From the NCBI GenBank assembly GCA_963720715.1, contig CAVRGM010000003.1, positions 45,427 through 109,426 of the forward strand: a stretch of 64,000 nt of DNA, written 5' to 3'. Within the stretch, counting starts at the first letter, position 1. Each line of letters opens with the position of its first letter. The position numbers and the translations under genes are program-made. This document shows positions 55,930 to 64,000 of this stretch, piece after piece. The DNA is from an uncultured Chloroflexia bacterium. GTDB lineage: Bacteria; Chloroflexota; Limnocylindria; Limnocylindrales; CSP1-4. The notes under the pieces are model-generated. The model was not told where the DNA came from, did not search any database, and saw only the letters and a list, made by a program, of their open reading frames with translations.

Positions 55930-57896
55930 CAGCGCGCCAAGAGCAGGTACGACCCGGCCATCACGATCAGCCCGATGGCGATGCCGAGAGCATAGTTCTG
56001 GACCCGACCGGTCTGGACCTGACCCAGGCCGCGACCGGCGTCGACCGTCGCGCCGCCGATGGCGTTGACCGTCCCGTCGACGACTTCGCGATCGAACCAC
56101 CAGAGAGCCGCGGCGAGCCGGCCGCCGATGACCATGAACAGGAAGTGATACAGGTCATCGAACCACCACTTGTTGAGGGACGCCCGATACAGGAAAGGTG
56201 CCCGGGCGGTCAACTCCCGGACGCGCTCAGGACGTGACGGCATGCGGAGTGGTCCCACGCGGACCCCGAACAGGCGCCACCCGATGACCATCCCGACGAC
56301 CGCGATGGTCACGCTGGCCAGGATCAGGACCCCGTCCAGGCCGAACAGCTCGTAGTTGGGCTCCGCTTCCGTATGCAGGATGTGCAAGCCCTCGGCGAAC
56401 ACCGGTTCGAGCCAGCCCGTGATCCGACTCGCACCCAGGGGCAGCCCCAGGTAGGCGCCCAGGAAGATGGTCGGGATGGCCAGCAGGATGAGCGGGATGG
56501 TCATGACCCGCGGCGACTCATGGATCTTGTCCCAGATCGCCTTGGGCCCGCGGAAGGTGCCCCAGAAGGTGAGGCCCATGAGCCGGAACATGTAGAACGC
56601 GGTCATGCCGGCGACCAGGAAGCCGATCGCCCAGACCCACAGGAATCCGAACTTGAACGCCTCGCCGAGGATCTCGTCCTTCGAGAAGAACGCTGCCAGT
56701 GGCGGGATCCCGGACAGGGCCAGCGAGCCGATGAACATCGTCCAGTACGTGATCGGGATCTTGGACGACAGGCCACCCATCTTGCGCATGTCCTGTTCCT
56801 CGTGGACGGCGTGGATGACCGAGCCCGAGTCGAGGAACAGCAGACCCTTGAAGAAACCATGGGTCATCAGGTGGAAGATCGCCGCCGTCCAGGCGCCCAC
56901 CCCGAACGCCGCGAACATGTAGCCGAGCTGGCTGAGGGTCGAATAGGCGAGGACCCGCTTGATGTCGGTCTGGGTCATCGCGATCGACGCCGCCAGGATG
57001 GCCGTGAAGATGCCGATCGCCGCGACGACCACGAGGACCGACGGCGCATAGGCGAAGATCGGGTTGGTCCTGGCCAGCAGGTAGACACCGGCATTGACCA
57101 TGGTCGCGGCATGGATGAGGGCGGAGACCGGGGTCGGGCCCTCCATCGCGTCCGGCAGCCAGACGTGGAGCGGGAACTGGGCGCTCTTGCCCATCGCCCC
57201 GGCGAAGATGAGCAGCGCGATGATCACGATCGTCGCGCTGTCGAGCTCGCCGATGCGGGCGATGACCTCACGGATGTCGAGCGTCCCGAGGCTGACGAAG
57301 ATGAGCATGATGCCCAGGGCGAAGCCGACGTCACCGACCCGGTTGACGATGAACGCCTTCTTGGCCGCCAGCGCCGCCGACCGCTTGCGATACCAGAACC
57401 CGATGAGCAGGTAGCTGCACAGCCCGACCAGTTCCCAGGCCACGAAGACGACCAGGAAGCTGCTGGCCAGGATGAGCAGGAGCATCGAGAACATGAACAG
57501 GTTGAGGTAGGCAAAGAACCGCCAGTAGCCCGGGTCGTGGCTCATGTAGCCGATCGAGTAGACGTGTACGAGCAGGCCGATCGTGGTCACCACGATGAGC
57601 AGGCAGGCGGTCAACGAATCGACGACGAAGCCGACTTCGACGTGGAAGCTGCCGGCCGGGATCCAGGTGAACGCCGTGACCGCATAGCCATGCGAGTCTT
57701 CCGAGCCGGGCAGGAGCGGGGCGCTGCCGCCGAGGACATCCACGACCAGAGCCATCGCGATGACCCACACCGCCAGGATGGCCAGGACCGGGATCCAGTG
57801 GGCCTGCTTGCCCAGCCGTCGCCCGACCAGCGCCGTCAGCCCGAACCCGGCGATGGGCAGCACGACCAGGGCCGGGATCAGGGCCTCGAGCGTCAC
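55929..57896 (-). CDS. nuoL: NADH-quinone oxidoreductase subunit L
   Basis: 655 aa, 'MTLEALIPALVVLPIAGFGL…', ND5-type with a long C-terminal extension (HL helix). Confidence 0.9.
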   Translation of the reverse strand: MTLEALIPALVVLPIAGFGLTALVGRRLGKQAHWIPVLAILAVWVIAMALVVDVLGGSAPLLPGSEDSHGYAVTAFTWIPAGSFHVEVGFVVDSLTACLLIVVTTIGLLVHVYSIGYMSHDPGYWRFFAYLNLFMFSMLLLILASSFLVVFVAWELVGLCSYLLIGFWYRKRSAALAAKKAFIVNRVGDVGFALGIMLIFVSLGTLDIREVIARIGELDSATIVIIALLIFAGAMGKSAQFPLHVWLPDAMEGPTPVSALIHAATMVNAGVYLLARTNPIFAYAPSVLVVVAAIGIFTAILAASIAMTQTDIKRVLAYSTLSQLGYMFAAFGVGAWTAAIFHLMTHGFFKGLLFLDSGSVIHAVHEEQDMRKMGGLSSKIPITYWTMFIGSLALSGIPPLAAFFSKDEILGEAFKFGFLWVWAIGFLVAGMTAFYMFRLMGLTFWGTFRGPKAIWDKIHESPRVMTIPLILLAIPTIFLGAYLGLPLGASRITGWLEPVFAEGLHILHTEAEPNYELFGLDGVLILASVTIAVVGMVIGWRLFGVRVGPLRMPSRPERVRELTARAPFLYRASLNKWWFDDLYHFLFMVIGGRLAAALWWFDREVVDGTVNAIGGATVDAGRGLGQVQTGRVQNYALGIAIGLIVMAGSYLLLAR

Positions 57897-58210
57897 TGCC
57901 GCATCGCGTCGTACTCGTCGACCAGCGGCGTCTTCTTGTTCCGGTAGATGGCGATCACGATGGCCAGCCCGGCCGTCGCTTCGGCGGCCGCGACGGCGAT
58001 GACCATGAGCGCAACGACCGAACCCTGGGCGGCCATCGCGGCGTCCGCTCCGAATGCCGCGAACGCGAGGATCGCCAGGTTGACCCCGTTGAGCATCAGT
58101 TCGATCGACATCAGCATGCTGATCGCATTACGGCGGGCGAGGAACCCGAAGGAGCCGATCGCGAAGAGCAGACCGGCCAGGACCAGGTAGGCGTCGAGCG
58201 ATCCACTCAT
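57893..58210 (-). CDS. nuoK: NADH-quinone oxidoreductase subunit K
   Basis: 105 aa, 'LVLAGLLFAIGSFGFLARRNAISMLMSIELMLNGVNLA', canonical NuoK/ND4L. Confidence 0.9.
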   Translation of the reverse strand: MSGSLDAYLVLAGLLFAIGSFGFLARRNAISMLMSIELMLNGVNLAILAFAAFGADAAMAAQGSVVALMVIAVAAAEATAGLAIVIAIYRNKKTPLVDEYDAMRQ

Positions 58211-58800
58211 GACGGCCCGCCCGGTTCGCGCTTGGCCAGGTACACGCCACCGATGACGGCGGCCAGCAGGAGCACGCTGATGATCTCGAACGGGAGGACG
58301 TAGTCGGCGAAGAGCACCCGCGACAGCGCAGCGGCGGTGACCTGGAACCGCTCCGTCGCCTCGCCCCAGTCGGTCGCGGCGATGGCCAGGGCGATGACGA
58401 CGGCGATGACGATCGACGCGATGGCCGCCGGCACCGCCTGGGTCTGGAATACGAGGCGGCTCGGTGCGTCCTTGGTCTGGGTCAGCATGATCGCGAACAG
58501 GATCAGGACGCTGATCGCCCCGATGTAAACGATCACCTGAGCGGCAGCGACGAGGGTCGCACCCAGGATGACGTAGATCCCGGCCAACGCCCCGAAGCAG
58601 ACGATCATCGCCAGGCCGCAGCGGATGATGTCGCGCATCGTCACGACGAGCAGGGCCGATCCGATCATCAGCGCGGCGAAGATCCAGAACAGGGCATCAG
58701 TCCAGTCCTGGCCGAGGAAGACGAGCATGATCGCGGCCACCGCCGTGACCAGGCCGAGGACGGCGAGGCCGAGGATGATCGGGACCAGACGATGCATCAC
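58207..58800 (-). CDS. nuoJ: NADH-quinone oxidoreductase subunit J
   Basis: 197 aa with the ND6-like five-TM pattern. It is immediately upstream of nuoK. Confidence 0.85.
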   Translation of the reverse strand: MMHRLVPIILGLAVLGLVTAVAAIMLVFLGQDWTDALFWIFAALMIGSALLVVTMRDIIRCGLAMIVCFGALAGIYVILGATLVAAAQVIVYIGAISVLILFAIMLTQTKDAPSRLVFQTQAVPAAIASIVIAVVIALAIAATDWGEATERFQVTAAALSRVLFADYVLPFEIISVLLLAAVIGGVYLAKREPGGPS

Positions 58801-58809
58801 GACCGTCGC

Positions 58810-61419
58810 CTACTCGTGGTGGCTTGGTGCGATGGCCGCCCCGTCATGACCGTTGCCGTGGTCATGGCCATGACCGTGACCGTTGCCGTTGGCGGTCACC
58901 CCGGTCACGGTCGGTGGCAGCATCGGCAGCATCCGGGCGGTATCGATGAGCCGGCCCTCGGCCGCCGCACGGCTGGCCCAGTCACGCTCGCGATGGATGT
59001 AGGTGACCTCGGTCTCGCGGTCGACCGCCGCGATGGCCATCAGGTCGATCATCGGATCGGCGCGGCTGGTGTGCGACAGTTCGATATCGGCACCATCGCG
59101 CAGGGCGTCGTACGGGCAGGCATCGACGCAGATCCCGCACAGGATGCAGCGACTCTCGTCGACCTCGTACTTCTCGAGGATGCGCGGTTTGGGCATCAAC
59201 GCGCCGGTCGGACACGTCTCCGCACAGCGGCCGCACGAGACGCACGGCGTGTCGTTCAGGCTCATGTCCAGGGGCGTCGTCACGAGCGTGTCGAAGCCGA
59301 TCCGCATGAAGTCGTAACAGGCCGCACCGACGACCTCCGAGCAGACCTGGGCGCAGCGGCCGCAGTCGATGCAGCGGGACGGCTCGCGCAGGATGAAGGC
59401 GTGCGAATCGTCGCGGATATAGTCGTGATTGACACCCGTGAACCGGTTCTCGGTGACGCTCCGGAAGCCGGCGCCGGCATGATGCTGGGGCTCCAGGGTC
59501 GGCAGGGTCGTGCCGTACTCGATACCCAGCCGACGCAGGTCGCAGAATCCGATGGCCTCGCAGGTGCACTGCAGGCAACGGGTCGATTCGGCCACCGCGT
59601 CCTCGCGGGTGTACGGCAGCTCGTATTCGATGTACGACCGATTGCGTTCCTCGGCCTCGAGCGCGGTCAGGCGGTACCGGGGCGTCTTGGTCTCGGCCGT
59701 GAACGGCACGATGGACAGGAATTCGGGTTGCGGCTCGGCCAGCGTCTGGCGGGTCCGGATGGCGGCCAGATCCATCCCGCGCAGGTACGCGTCGACGGCA
59801 TACGCCGAGCGCCGGCCCTCCGCGATGGCTTCGACGACGGTGGCCGCGCCGATCCGAACGTCACCGCTTCCGAACACGCCCGGCCGGTCGGTGGCGAACG
59901 TGACCGCGTCGGCCTTGAGCCGGCGTTGCTTGGTCGCCTCGATACCGCCCGAGCCGGGCCCGATCCAGGTCAGGTCCGGGCCCTGGCCGATGGCAAGCAG
60001 GACCCGGTCGCAGGGGATCGTGAACTCCGTGCCGGGCGCCGGTTCCGGACGGCGCCGACCTGAGGCATCGGGCGCACCCAGGGCCATCCTGATGAATTCG
60101 ACTCCGGTCACGTTGCCGCTCGGGTCGGTGATGACCCGCACCGGACCGGCCTGGAAGATCGCGGTGACGCCCTCTTCGATCGCCTCATGGACCTCGTTCG
60201 AGGCGGGCATGTCCTTCATGTCGCGGCGATAGACGAGGGTGACCTCCGCGGCGCCCTGGCGGACCGAGGTCCGCGAGCAGTCCATCGAGGTGAAGCCACC
60301 GCCGATGACCACGACCCGCTTGCCGACATGACCCGGGTAGGGCAGCCCGAGCGTCGCCGTCCGGAGATACTCGAGGCCGTCCAGGACCTCCGCTGCGTCC
60401 TCGCCCGGGATCCCGAGCTTGTTCGTGTCGTAGCAACCGATCGCGACGACCACCGCGTCGAAGCCCTGGAAGGTCAGGTCATCGAGCGTGAAGTCCGTGC
60501 CGAGGCCAGCGTTGCAGACCAGCTTGCCGCCCAGCCGGGTGATCGATTCGTATTCCGCTTCCAGGACTTCCACCTTGGGCAGGCGGTACTGGGGGATCCC
60601 ATAGCGCAGCATCCCGCCGGGCGCGGGGTCACGTTCGTAGACGGTCACGTCGTGGCCGGCGAGGAGCAGGTAGAACGCTGCGGCCATGCCGGCCGGGCCG
60701 GACCCGATGACAGCCGCCCGACGTCCGGTCGGAGCCTGGCGCTCGAACGGCAGCGGCGGATCGACGCCGTCGTCGAGCATCGCCTTCAGGACCTGGTCGC
60801 CGGCGTAGCGGTGGCTGTCCCGGATGGCGATAGCCTCGTCCACCTCGTCACGGCGGCAATGCTCCTCGCACGGCGCTGGACAGACGCGCCCGAGGACGCT
60901 CGGGAAAGGGATCGTGCGTTTGAAGATGCGGGCGCTCTCGCGCCAGTCCGCTTCCGCGTTGGCCTTCAGGAAGCCGGGGATGTCGATGTGGCTGGGGCAC
61001 TTGTTCTGGCAGGGCGGCAGGCAGTACGCGTTGTGATCGGAGAAGATCAGCTCGAGGTTGGTCCGGCGCAGCCGTCGCAGCTCGTCGGTCTGGGTCTGGA
61101 CCTTCATCTCGGGCTCGCACGTTCGTGAGCAGGAGATCGGCGGGTGCTCCTCGCCTTCGACCTCGACGACGCACATCCGGCAGGCCCCGAAGCCCGGCAG
61201 TTTGGGCTCGTAGCACAACGTCGGGATCTCGATCCCGTTGTCGCGGCAGACCTCCAGGATGGTCTGCCCCTCGAAGCCTTCGACGACCCGCCCATCGACC
61301 TCGATCCGGATCCGCGTCGTCGACTGGGGACGTTGCGGCGACTGCGTGTCAAGGAGGCGCTCGGCAAGCGATGACTCGATCTCGGGGCGGCTGTCTGGGC
61401 GCGTGATCAGGTCCGCCAT
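58810..61419 (-). CDS. multidomain Fe-S flavoprotein: NuoG-N-terminal-like [2Fe-2S]+[4Fe-4S] + GltD-like FAD/NAD(P)H oxidoreductase + 2x[4Fe-4S] ferredoxin + NuoI C-terminal half + His/Gly-rich tail
   Basis: Domains in order. (1) 'CRDNGIEIPTLCYEPKLPGFGACRMC' [2Fe-2S]. (2) 'HNAYCLPPCQNKCP'. (3) 'GRVCPAPCEEHC' then 'AAVIGSGPAGMAAAFYLLLAGHDVTVYERDPAPGGMLRYGIPQYRLPK' and 'GKRVVVIGGGFTSMDC' (GltD/SudA-type). (4) 'CIDCGRCAQVC…CVSCGRCAETCP'. (5) 'KYEVDESRCILCGICVDACPYDAL…MIDLMAI' matching the second half of NuoI. (6) A 'GNGHGHGHDHGNGHDG' tail. The start is set at 'MADLITRP' (61419), just after the nuoF stop. Confidence 0.7.
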   Translation of the reverse strand: MADLITRPDSRPEIESSLAERLLDTQSPQRPQSTTRIRIEVDGRVVEGFEGQTILEVCRDNGIEIPTLCYEPKLPGFGACRMCVVEVEGEEHPPISCSRTCEPEMKVQTQTDELRRLRRTNLELIFSDHNAYCLPPCQNKCPSHIDIPGFLKANAEADWRESARIFKRTIPFPSVLGRVCPAPCEEHCRRDEVDEAIAIRDSHRYAGDQVLKAMLDDGVDPPLPFERQAPTGRRAAVIGSGPAGMAAAFYLLLAGHDVTVYERDPAPGGMLRYGIPQYRLPKVEVLEAEYESITRLGGKLVCNAGLGTDFTLDDLTFQGFDAVVVAIGCYDTNKLGIPGEDAAEVLDGLEYLRTATLGLPYPGHVGKRVVVIGGGFTSMDCSRTSVRQGAAEVTLVYRRDMKDMPASNEVHEAIEEGVTAIFQAGPVRVITDPSGNVTGVEFIRMALGAPDASGRRRPEPAPGTEFTIPCDRVLLAIGQGPDLTWIGPGSGGIEATKQRRLKADAVTFATDRPGVFGSGDVRIGAATVVEAIAEGRRSAYAVDAYLRGMDLAAIRTRQTLAEPQPEFLSIVPFTAETKTPRYRLTALEAEERNRSYIEYELPYTREDAVAESTRCLQCTCEAIGFCDLRRLGIEYGTTLPTLEPQHHAGAGFRSVTENRFTGVNHDYIRDDSHAFILREPSRCIDCGRCAQVCSEVVGAACYDFMRIGFDTLVTTPLDMSLNDTPCVSCGRCAETCPTGALMPKPRILEKYEVDESRCILCGICVDACPYDALRDGADIELSHTSRADPMIDLMAIAAVDRETEVTYIHRERDWASRAAAEGRLIDTARMLPMLPPTVTGVTANGNGHGHGHDHGNGHDGAAIAPSHHE

Positions 61420-61426
61420 GGTCGCC

Positions 61427-62752
61427 TCATGAGATCGCACCAGCGGCCACCGCGATGGGATGGCAGACGCCGGCCGGGCAGGTGCTGCGCAGGATGTGGT
61501 CGTCGAGCTCGGAACTGAAGTATCGCATCCCGCTGGTCAGCGGAAGCGTCGTCAGACGCTCGTGATCGCAGAGGGCTGAGGCCACGATGTCCTCGGCCAG
61601 GTCGGTCAAAAGTTGCGGATCGGTCGGTCTGGGCCGGCCGTCGACGACGCGATCGGCGATCTCGGACAGTCGCCGCGTCCCGATCCGGCAGGGGATCGTC
61701 TTGCCGCAGGCCTCACCCGCGCAGAACCGGGTCAGCAACCTGGCCAGGTCGACGACGCACGTCCGGTCGTCGGCGACGACGATGGAGCCCGAACCGATAT
61801 GGGCGCCGACGGCTCGCAGGGGCTCGAACGCATACGCGGTGTCGAGCAGGTCAGGCGGCAGGATGCCGCCTGACGGTCCGCCCACGAGTACGGCCTTGAG
61901 CGACCGGCCCGTTGCCGGTTCGCCGCCAAGCTTGACGATGTCACCGAGGGGCGTTCCGAGCGGGACCTCGGCGATGCCCTCGTCGCCGGCGGTCCGGACC
62001 TGGACGAGGATCGTCCCGGGAGCGTCGGGCGCGCCGATCGCGGCGAAGGCCTCGGGACCGTTGCGGACGATCCAGGGCACGGCGGCCACGGTCTGGACGT
62101 TGTGGACGACGGTCGGCATGCCGTCGAGCCCGCGCTCGGCCGGATGCGGCGGACGCTGTTCGGGCTGGCCGCGCTTGCCTTCGAGCGCCTTCAGCAGGAC
62201 CGTCTCTTCGCCGAGCATGTAGGCGCCCTGGACCGGCCGGACCGTCACGTTGATGTCGTGGCCGGAGCCAAAGGCGTCGTAACCGACGTAGCCGGCCTCC
62301 TGGGCCGCTCCGATGGCCGCGGTCAGGGCCCTGATCGATGCGGTCGCGTCGGTCCGAACGGCCACGAACACATCCGCGGCGCCGATCGCGAACGCGGTGA
62401 TGGCCGCACCCTCGATGACCGCGAACGGATCTCGCTCGAGCAGATACCGGTCCGTGGCGCTGGCCGGGTCGGCGCCGTAGCCGTTGACCACGACGAACCG
62501 GCGCGGCGCATCGGTCGATGCAGCGGTCCGCCACTTGTCCGCGGCCGGGAACCCGCCTCCGCCACGCCCGCGCAGTCCGGCCTGACCGATCATCGCGGTC
62601 GTCGCGGTCGCCCCGAAGTTGCGGATGACCCGACGCATCGCATCGAAGGCCCCGGCTTTCGTCGCGGCATCGAGATCGGTCGGATCGGCCGCCCCGACCC
62701 GCTCGAGGAGGACGGTCGGCCAGGCGGCAGGTGTCGTCAGCAGTTCGACCAC
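61427..62752 (-). CDS. nuoF: NADH-quinone oxidoreductase subunit F (51-kDa, FMN/NADH-binding)
   Basis: 441 aa with 'GLRGRGGGGFP' FMN site, NADH-binding Gly-rich region, and the C-terminal 'CAGEACGKTIPCRIG' [4Fe-4S] N3 motif. Confidence 0.85.
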   Translation of the reverse strand: MVELLTTPAAWPTVLLERVGAADPTDLDAATKAGAFDAMRRVIRNFGATATTAMIGQAGLRGRGGGGFPAADKWRTAASTDAPRRFVVVNGYGADPASATDRYLLERDPFAVIEGAAITAFAIGAADVFVAVRTDATASIRALTAAIGAAQEAGYVGYDAFGSGHDINVTVRPVQGAYMLGEETVLLKALEGKRGQPEQRPPHPAERGLDGMPTVVHNVQTVAAVPWIVRNGPEAFAAIGAPDAPGTILVQVRTAGDEGIAEVPLGTPLGDIVKLGGEPATGRSLKAVLVGGPSGGILPPDLLDTAYAFEPLRAVGAHIGSGSIVVADDRTCVVDLARLLTRFCAGEACGKTIPCRIGTRRLSEIADRVVDGRPRPTDPQLLTDLAEDIVASALCDHERLTTLPLTSGMRYFSSELDDHILRSTCPAGVCHPIAVAAGAIS

Positions 62753-62757
62753 CGTCC

Positions 62758-63444
62758 TTACGCCCGCGCCGTCGCTTGGCCGTCGTCCGGTCCCGACGCC
62801 CCGCTGAGCGCGGCACCAAGTGCTGCGACGTAGTCCGCTTCGGCCGGTCGATGGGCCGCCATCGCGGCCGCCTGGGCGGTCGCGTCGACGGGCTCGAACC
62901 GAAGGTGGCTGTAGTACGTCGCGGTCCCGTAGATCATCGCGTACCAGGCACCGGTCTTCTGACTGATCCGCTTGAGCGTCGCGACGGGGAGGTAGCCATA
63001 GGCGGTCTGGGTCGCCTCCAGGATCTCGAGCATCCGGTCCGGATCGTGATCGTATTCCTCCAGGATGGCGTCGAGGGATGTCAGATCGACCGGCTCGAAC
63101 GGCCGATAGGCCGGATCAGGAACGGCCCGGCCGGAGCGCCGGAGGGCCAATTCCTCGCGCCGCTCGCCATAGGTCTCGGGCGCGCCCCAATGGACGTGGA
63201 AGCGGCCGCGCGTGTCGATCCCGCCCATGTCGATGCATTCGATCGGGCAGGCCTGGGCGCACTGGAAGCAGGTCTCGCACTTGAGCGTGCCCCATTCGTC
63301 GTACAGGAGCTGCAGTCGACCCCGGAACTTGGGCGGTGGGTCGCGCCGGTCCTCCGGGTACATGACCGTGACCTTGGGCTCGAAGAACCGGCGGAGGGTC
63401 AGGGCCATGCCCTTGGCGATCCCAAGGCCGGGTACGAAGCTCAT
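62758..63444 (-). CDS. fusion of NuoI N-terminal half (one CxxCxxCxxxCP motif) with NuoE-like N-terminal domain lacking Fe-S cysteines
   Basis: The start ATG overlaps the nuoH stop (ATGA). 'MSFVPGLGIAKGMALTLRRFFEPKVTVMYPEDRRDPPPKFRGRLQL…CETCFQCAQACP' = NuoI residues ~1-75. 'MLEILEATQTAYGYLPVATLKRISQKTGAWYAMIYGTATYYSHLRFEP' then follows as the NuoE N-domain, with no second ferredoxin motif and no NuoE [2Fe-2S] cysteines. The ORF track's N-terminal 140 codons upstream overlap nuoH and are rejected. Confidence 0.65.
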   Translation of the reverse strand: MSFVPGLGIAKGMALTLRRFFEPKVTVMYPEDRRDPPPKFRGRLQLLYDEWGTLKCETCFQCAQACPIECIDMGGIDTRGRFHVHWGAPETYGERREELALRRSGRAVPDPAYRPFEPVDLTSLDAILEEYDHDPDRMLEILEATQTAYGYLPVATLKRISQKTGAWYAMIYGTATYYSHLRFEPVDATAQAAAMAAHRPAEADYVAALGAALSGASGPDDGQATARA

Positions 63445-64000
63445 GAGGAACGGACCGACGTGAAGACGACGATGGCGGCAGCGGTCACGAACAGATTGAG
63501 CAGGGAGGCCGGCAGCATCCACTTCCAGGCGAAGTCCATCAGTTGGTCGATCCGGACTCGGGGCAGCGTCCCACGCATCCAGACGAAGGTGAACACGAAG
63601 ACGTACGTCTTGCCCATGAACCAGAGCAGGCCGGAAACCCATTCGATCCCCACGTAGGCCATCGCACCGATGACCGCGGCGATGAACAGGTTGGCCAGGA
63701 CGAAGCCGCCGATGAGCGCCTGCCAGCCCTTGATCCTGGCACTGGCCATCCAGATCGGGGCGGCGAAGGCGATGGTCAGGAGGACCGGCACGACCGAAAC
63801 GAGGATGAGCAGCTCGATGCCCAGGCCCCCGGGATCGAGTGACAGCGTGACGTCCCACGGCCATGGGATGGGGGCATTCCAGCCGCCGAAGAAGAGGGTC
63901 ACGGTCAGGGCGGAGATGATGAACACGTTGACGTACTCGGCGAAGAAGAAGAAGCCGAAGCGCATCCCCGAATACTCGGTTGCGAACCCGGCGACGATCT
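63441..64000 (-). CDS. nuoH: NADH-quinone oxidoreductase subunit H (C-terminal part; N-terminus beyond window)
   Basis: 'FFFAEYVNVFIISALTVTLFFGGWNAPIPW…WMRGTLPRVRIDQLMDFAWKWMLP' = conserved NuoH/ND1 C-terminus. The ORF is open to the window edge. Confidence 0.85.
   Translation of the reverse strand, partial: IVAGFATEYSGMRFGFFFFAEYVNVFIISALTVTLFFGGWNAPIPWPWDVTLSLDPGGLGIELLILVSVVPVLLTIAFAAPIWMASARIKGWQALIGGFVLANLFIAAVIGAMAYVGIEWVSGLLWFMGKTYVFVFTFVWMRGTLPRVRIDQLMDFAWKWMLPASLLNLFVTAAAIVVFTSVRSS

Noticed and set aside
63445-63864. N-terminal 140 codons of ORF 62758..63864 (would make a 368-aa NuoI/NuoE fusion)
   Set aside because: The extension overlaps the conserved C-terminus of nuoH on the same strand, and its translation is Arg/His-rich nonsense. 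The NuoI-type N-terminus 'MSFVPGLGIAKG' begins exactly on the nuoH stop (ATGA overlap).

Overview
This is a high-GC (~68-70%) bacterial chromosomal window whose gene order looks Actinobacteria-like (inference): ftsE-ftsX-ctpA-smpB…ssrA, rpmH-rnpA-yidD-yidC-jag, and dnaA-dnaN-recF-DUF721 with DnaA boxes between dnaA and dnaN. Main blocks, start to end:

- A GNAT fragment, ftsEX, an S41 protease, smpB, a proline-racemase-family gene, an MFS transporter and a clear tmRNA (ssrA).
- A frameshifted metallophosphoesterase, then a GntR-regulated oligosaccharide ABC / deacetylase / BadF-kinase / GH4 locus.
- The yidC-rnpA-rpmH group and the replication origin region with dnaA/dnaN/recF.
- A membrane pseudo-PP2C protein and a BFN nuclease, followed by a large glycolipid island. 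The island holds a DUF2723 protein, a 1835-aa GT-C/PMT fusion, and a PIM-type cluster (pgsA1-like, ino1, two PatA-like acyltransferases, a PHP phosphoesterase, pimA-like GT4).
- ArsR, DUF1801, a KdpD/KdpE-like two-component pair, APC and MFS transporters, corA, a ~500-bp duplicated non-coding repeat, an otsB-like phosphatase and two Pro/Ser-rich hypothetical proteins.
- On the minus strand, nuoN-M-L-K-J, preceded by a highly unusual arrangement: NuoI appears split into an N-half and a C-half. In between lie, fused in-frame, a NuoE-like domain, a complete nuoF, and a NuoG-N-terminal/GltD-like/ferredoxin polypeptide. This is the most interesting candidate for an undescribed system.

Many long overlapping ORFs in the supplied track are high-GC artifacts and were not annotated. 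Coordinates of starts are approximate (±1-3 codons) where noted.
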